DNA of 64,000 nt, taken from contig JBBTXS010000009.1 in NCBI GenBank assembly GCA_038062115.1, forward strand, positions 91,681 to 155,680, in the 5' to 3' direction. The DNA comes from Patescibacteria group bacterium. Lineage in GTDB: Bacteria; Patescibacteriota; Microgenomatia; Levybacterales; UBA12049. The notes beneath the pieces are model-generated. The model made no database searches, had not been told where the DNA came from, and saw only the letters and a list, made by a program, of their open reading frames with translations. The position numbers and the translations under genes were made by a program. Below are positions 62,371 through 64,000 of the stretch, in pieces (position 1 is the stretch's first letter; each line of letters begins with the position of its first letter).

Positions 62371-64000
62371 TTACGTTGACAATAATTTTTATATTTTTGG
62401 AAGTTTTAGTAAGTATTTTTGGCAAGAATGGAATATTTGGCGAGAATGATATATTTATGTCGGACACTTGGGGGATTTTTGAAAGTTTTGCTAAAGCAAT
62501 CTTATATGAAACGCCAGAAAGCTCGGAAACTAATGATTTTTTATCTATAATAGGCTGTAGTAAAGCCTTAATCCTAAGATTTGCACTAATATTATCCTTG
62601 TTCTGGGTGACATCTTTAATATCTATTTTTACGTTTTCGTAGTTTATGGTCATATTATTTGAAATATTATTTTGAACAAGAGAGCGGCTTAACGACTTAA
62701 GATCATCATTTTTATAAGCAATGCTTTCATAAATAACTGTTGCGTTTAGCGTTATTTTGTCGGCCTGTTCTCCGATTTCTTTATCTAATTTTTTCTTACC
62801 TAGGGTTTTATTGGTAAAAATAGGAAGTAAACTTTTATCTTTTGAGATTTGTTTTGCAATATCGTCTTTAGCCCGGCTCACAAGCAATTTAGGCAGTTCT
62901 TCTAACAATTTATCTACATCGTTTTTCGAAACAACAGTAACTTCTTTTTTTGTCCCGCCACCAAAAGGACTATCGTTTTTTGCGACTATATCGGAAGTAT
63001 CAAAATTGGAAACGCTAAACTTGGTTGCCGAGGGAAGGTTTAATTCTTTGCCAATTTGTCTTGCCGTAACAGAAACTTGTGCTGTAGTAGGAGAAACTGT
63101 TTCGTCTGCCGAATGTGATGCAACACCTTTTAGAGTAAGAGAATCATCGAGTGTAAATTCTAAACCATTTGGAGATCTTATTATAGTTGCCTGCGGAAGA
63201 GTTTTTTCTTGAGTAAGACTATTAAAAATTGTTACTTTGCCTTTTGCATGACTTCCTATTTCTTTTTTGCCTGTTGTCGCAATTGAGTTTGAACCTTCTT
63301 CCGATACAGATACTGTTTCTCCCGCAATTACTCCTTTTGAAGGATCCGAAGTTGTGGATGTTGAGAAAGAAACATTTTTATTTTGCTCTATTATTCTTGG
63401 TTTTATGGTTAAAACTACTGTTGCCGATGTTCCAAATAAATAATAAATAAAAAATAAAGCTATACTAGCAGCAACGACAATAGGAATAAAAATATTTTTT
63501 TTGCTAGTTGGAATAGCGATTGGAATTTTCTTAAGACGGGAAAGCACGGACAAATTATCTTTTACTCTTACTAAGAGTGAATTTACTTTAGTTTTTGATA
63601 TTTTGGGAGGGACTATTTCTTGTTTAGCCTGAGCTTTGTCGAAGGGTTCTTCTTTTTTTTGCGCGATAGGACTTATGGTAATATCTTTTTCGCCAATAAA
63701 CCCAAAGCCAATGAGCGAGGAATACTCTTCTTCTTGCTCTTTTTCTACCTCCCTATCTATTCCTGCAATTGATTCCTCTTTATTGAGCCCTTCTTTTTTC
63801 TTGGGTTCTTGTAATACTTCAAAACCCATTTGAGTTGCAGCCCCAAAAAGAACTGCTTTTGCATCAAAGTTGGGAGGAAGAGTTGCTATTTGAGGAAGAT
63901 GCAAAAAAGGCAAGCTCTTGCTCCATGAATGAGAAATAAATTCCTGGCTTAGATCTTTTTCTCCATCAAAAAGTATAATTCTAGATGGTAAAATCTCCGA
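62363..64000 (-). CDS. Large single-pass membrane protein, unknown function; 5' end runs off window
   Basis: The frame stays open upstream of the ORF-track TTG start to base 64000 (...SEILPSRIILFDGEKDLSQEFISHSWSKSLPFLHL...). TM IFIPIVVAASIALFFIYYLF, then a ~350-aa S/T/K-rich extracytoplasmic region. 8-nt overlap with the sortase gene. Confidence 0.6.
   Translation of the reverse strand, partial: SEILPSRIILFDGEKDLSQEFISHSWSKSLPFLHLPQIATLPPNFDAKAVLFGAATQMGFEVLQEPKKKEGLNKEESIAGIDREVEKEQEEEYSSLIGFGFIGEKDITISPIAQKKEEPFDKAQAKQEIVPPKISKTKVNSLLVRVKDNLSVLSRLKKIPIAIPTSKKNIFIPIVVAASIALFFIYYLFGTSATVVLTIKPRIIEQNKNVSFSTSTTSDPSKGVIAGETVSVSEEGSNSIATTGKKEIGSHAKGKVTIFNSLTQEKTLPQATIIRSPNGLEFTLDDSLTLKGVASHSADETVSPTTAQVSVTARQIGKELNLPSATKFSVSNFDTSDIVAKNDSPFGGGTKKEVTVVSKNDVDKLLEELPKLLVSRAKDDIAKQISKDKSLLPIFTNKTLGKKKLDKEIGEQADKITLNATVIYESIAYKNDDLKSLSRSLVQNNISNNMTINYENVKIDIKDVTQNKDNISANLRIKALLQPIIDKKSLVSELSGVSYKIALAKLSKIPQVSDINISFSPNIPFLPKILTKTSKNIKIIVNVNE

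Overview
This is an AT-rich 64-kb window from a small-genome bacterium with Candidate Phyla Radiation (Patescibacteria, Microgenomates-like) hallmarks. These are short genes, no L30 gene in the ribosomal operon, several archaeal-type enzymes, and many small palindromic repeats. All calls below are by-eye reading of the sequence and the supplied ORF translations; no database search was run. The core content is as follows. (1) A heat-shock locus hrcA-grpE-dnaK-[glmS]-dnaJ-like sits behind a sigma70-like promoter that overlaps a degenerate CIRCE operator. (2) One long minus-strand ribosomal supercluster (14.0-31.5 kb) runs tuf-rpsJ-rplCDWB-rpsS-rplV-rpsC-rplP-rpmC-rpsQ-rplNXE-rpsN-rpsH-rplFR-rpsE-rplO-secY-adk-(extra P-loop kinase)-map-infA-rpmJ-rpsMKD-rpoA-rplQ-rplM-rpsI. 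(3) Housekeeping genes include metG, tatD-like, glnA, plsY, rnj, tpiA, pcrA/uvrD, femAB-like, mltG, a pyrimidine/AMP phosphorylase, an LCP ligase, a DUF2298 'YYY' membrane protein, a sortase and a cis/trans prenyltransferase pair. (4) Accessory content includes hicBA, an orphan RHH protein, a truncated vapC, a decayed rve-type transposase, a Ni-superoxide dismutase with its maturation peptidase next to an NDH-2-like flavoprotein, and tRNA-Asn. The most interesting signals are not ordinary genes. First, a MITE family (123 bp, GTAAC...GTTAC termini, 8-bp target-site duplications) has two 100% identical copies. Second, related palindromic elements and 7-8-nt tandem repeats are inserted in frame into essential genes (pcrA, femAB-like, map, tpiA, ribosomal protein termini). 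Third, between a methyltransferase gene and sodX (55.0-56.5 kb) there is a visibly GC-richer interval, partitioned by hairpin repeats and a ~70-bp duplication of the sodX 3' end, carrying single-gene cargo segments. Fourth, one gene fuses an archaeal-type PPAT to a DUF359 (archaeal dephospho-CoA kinase) domain.
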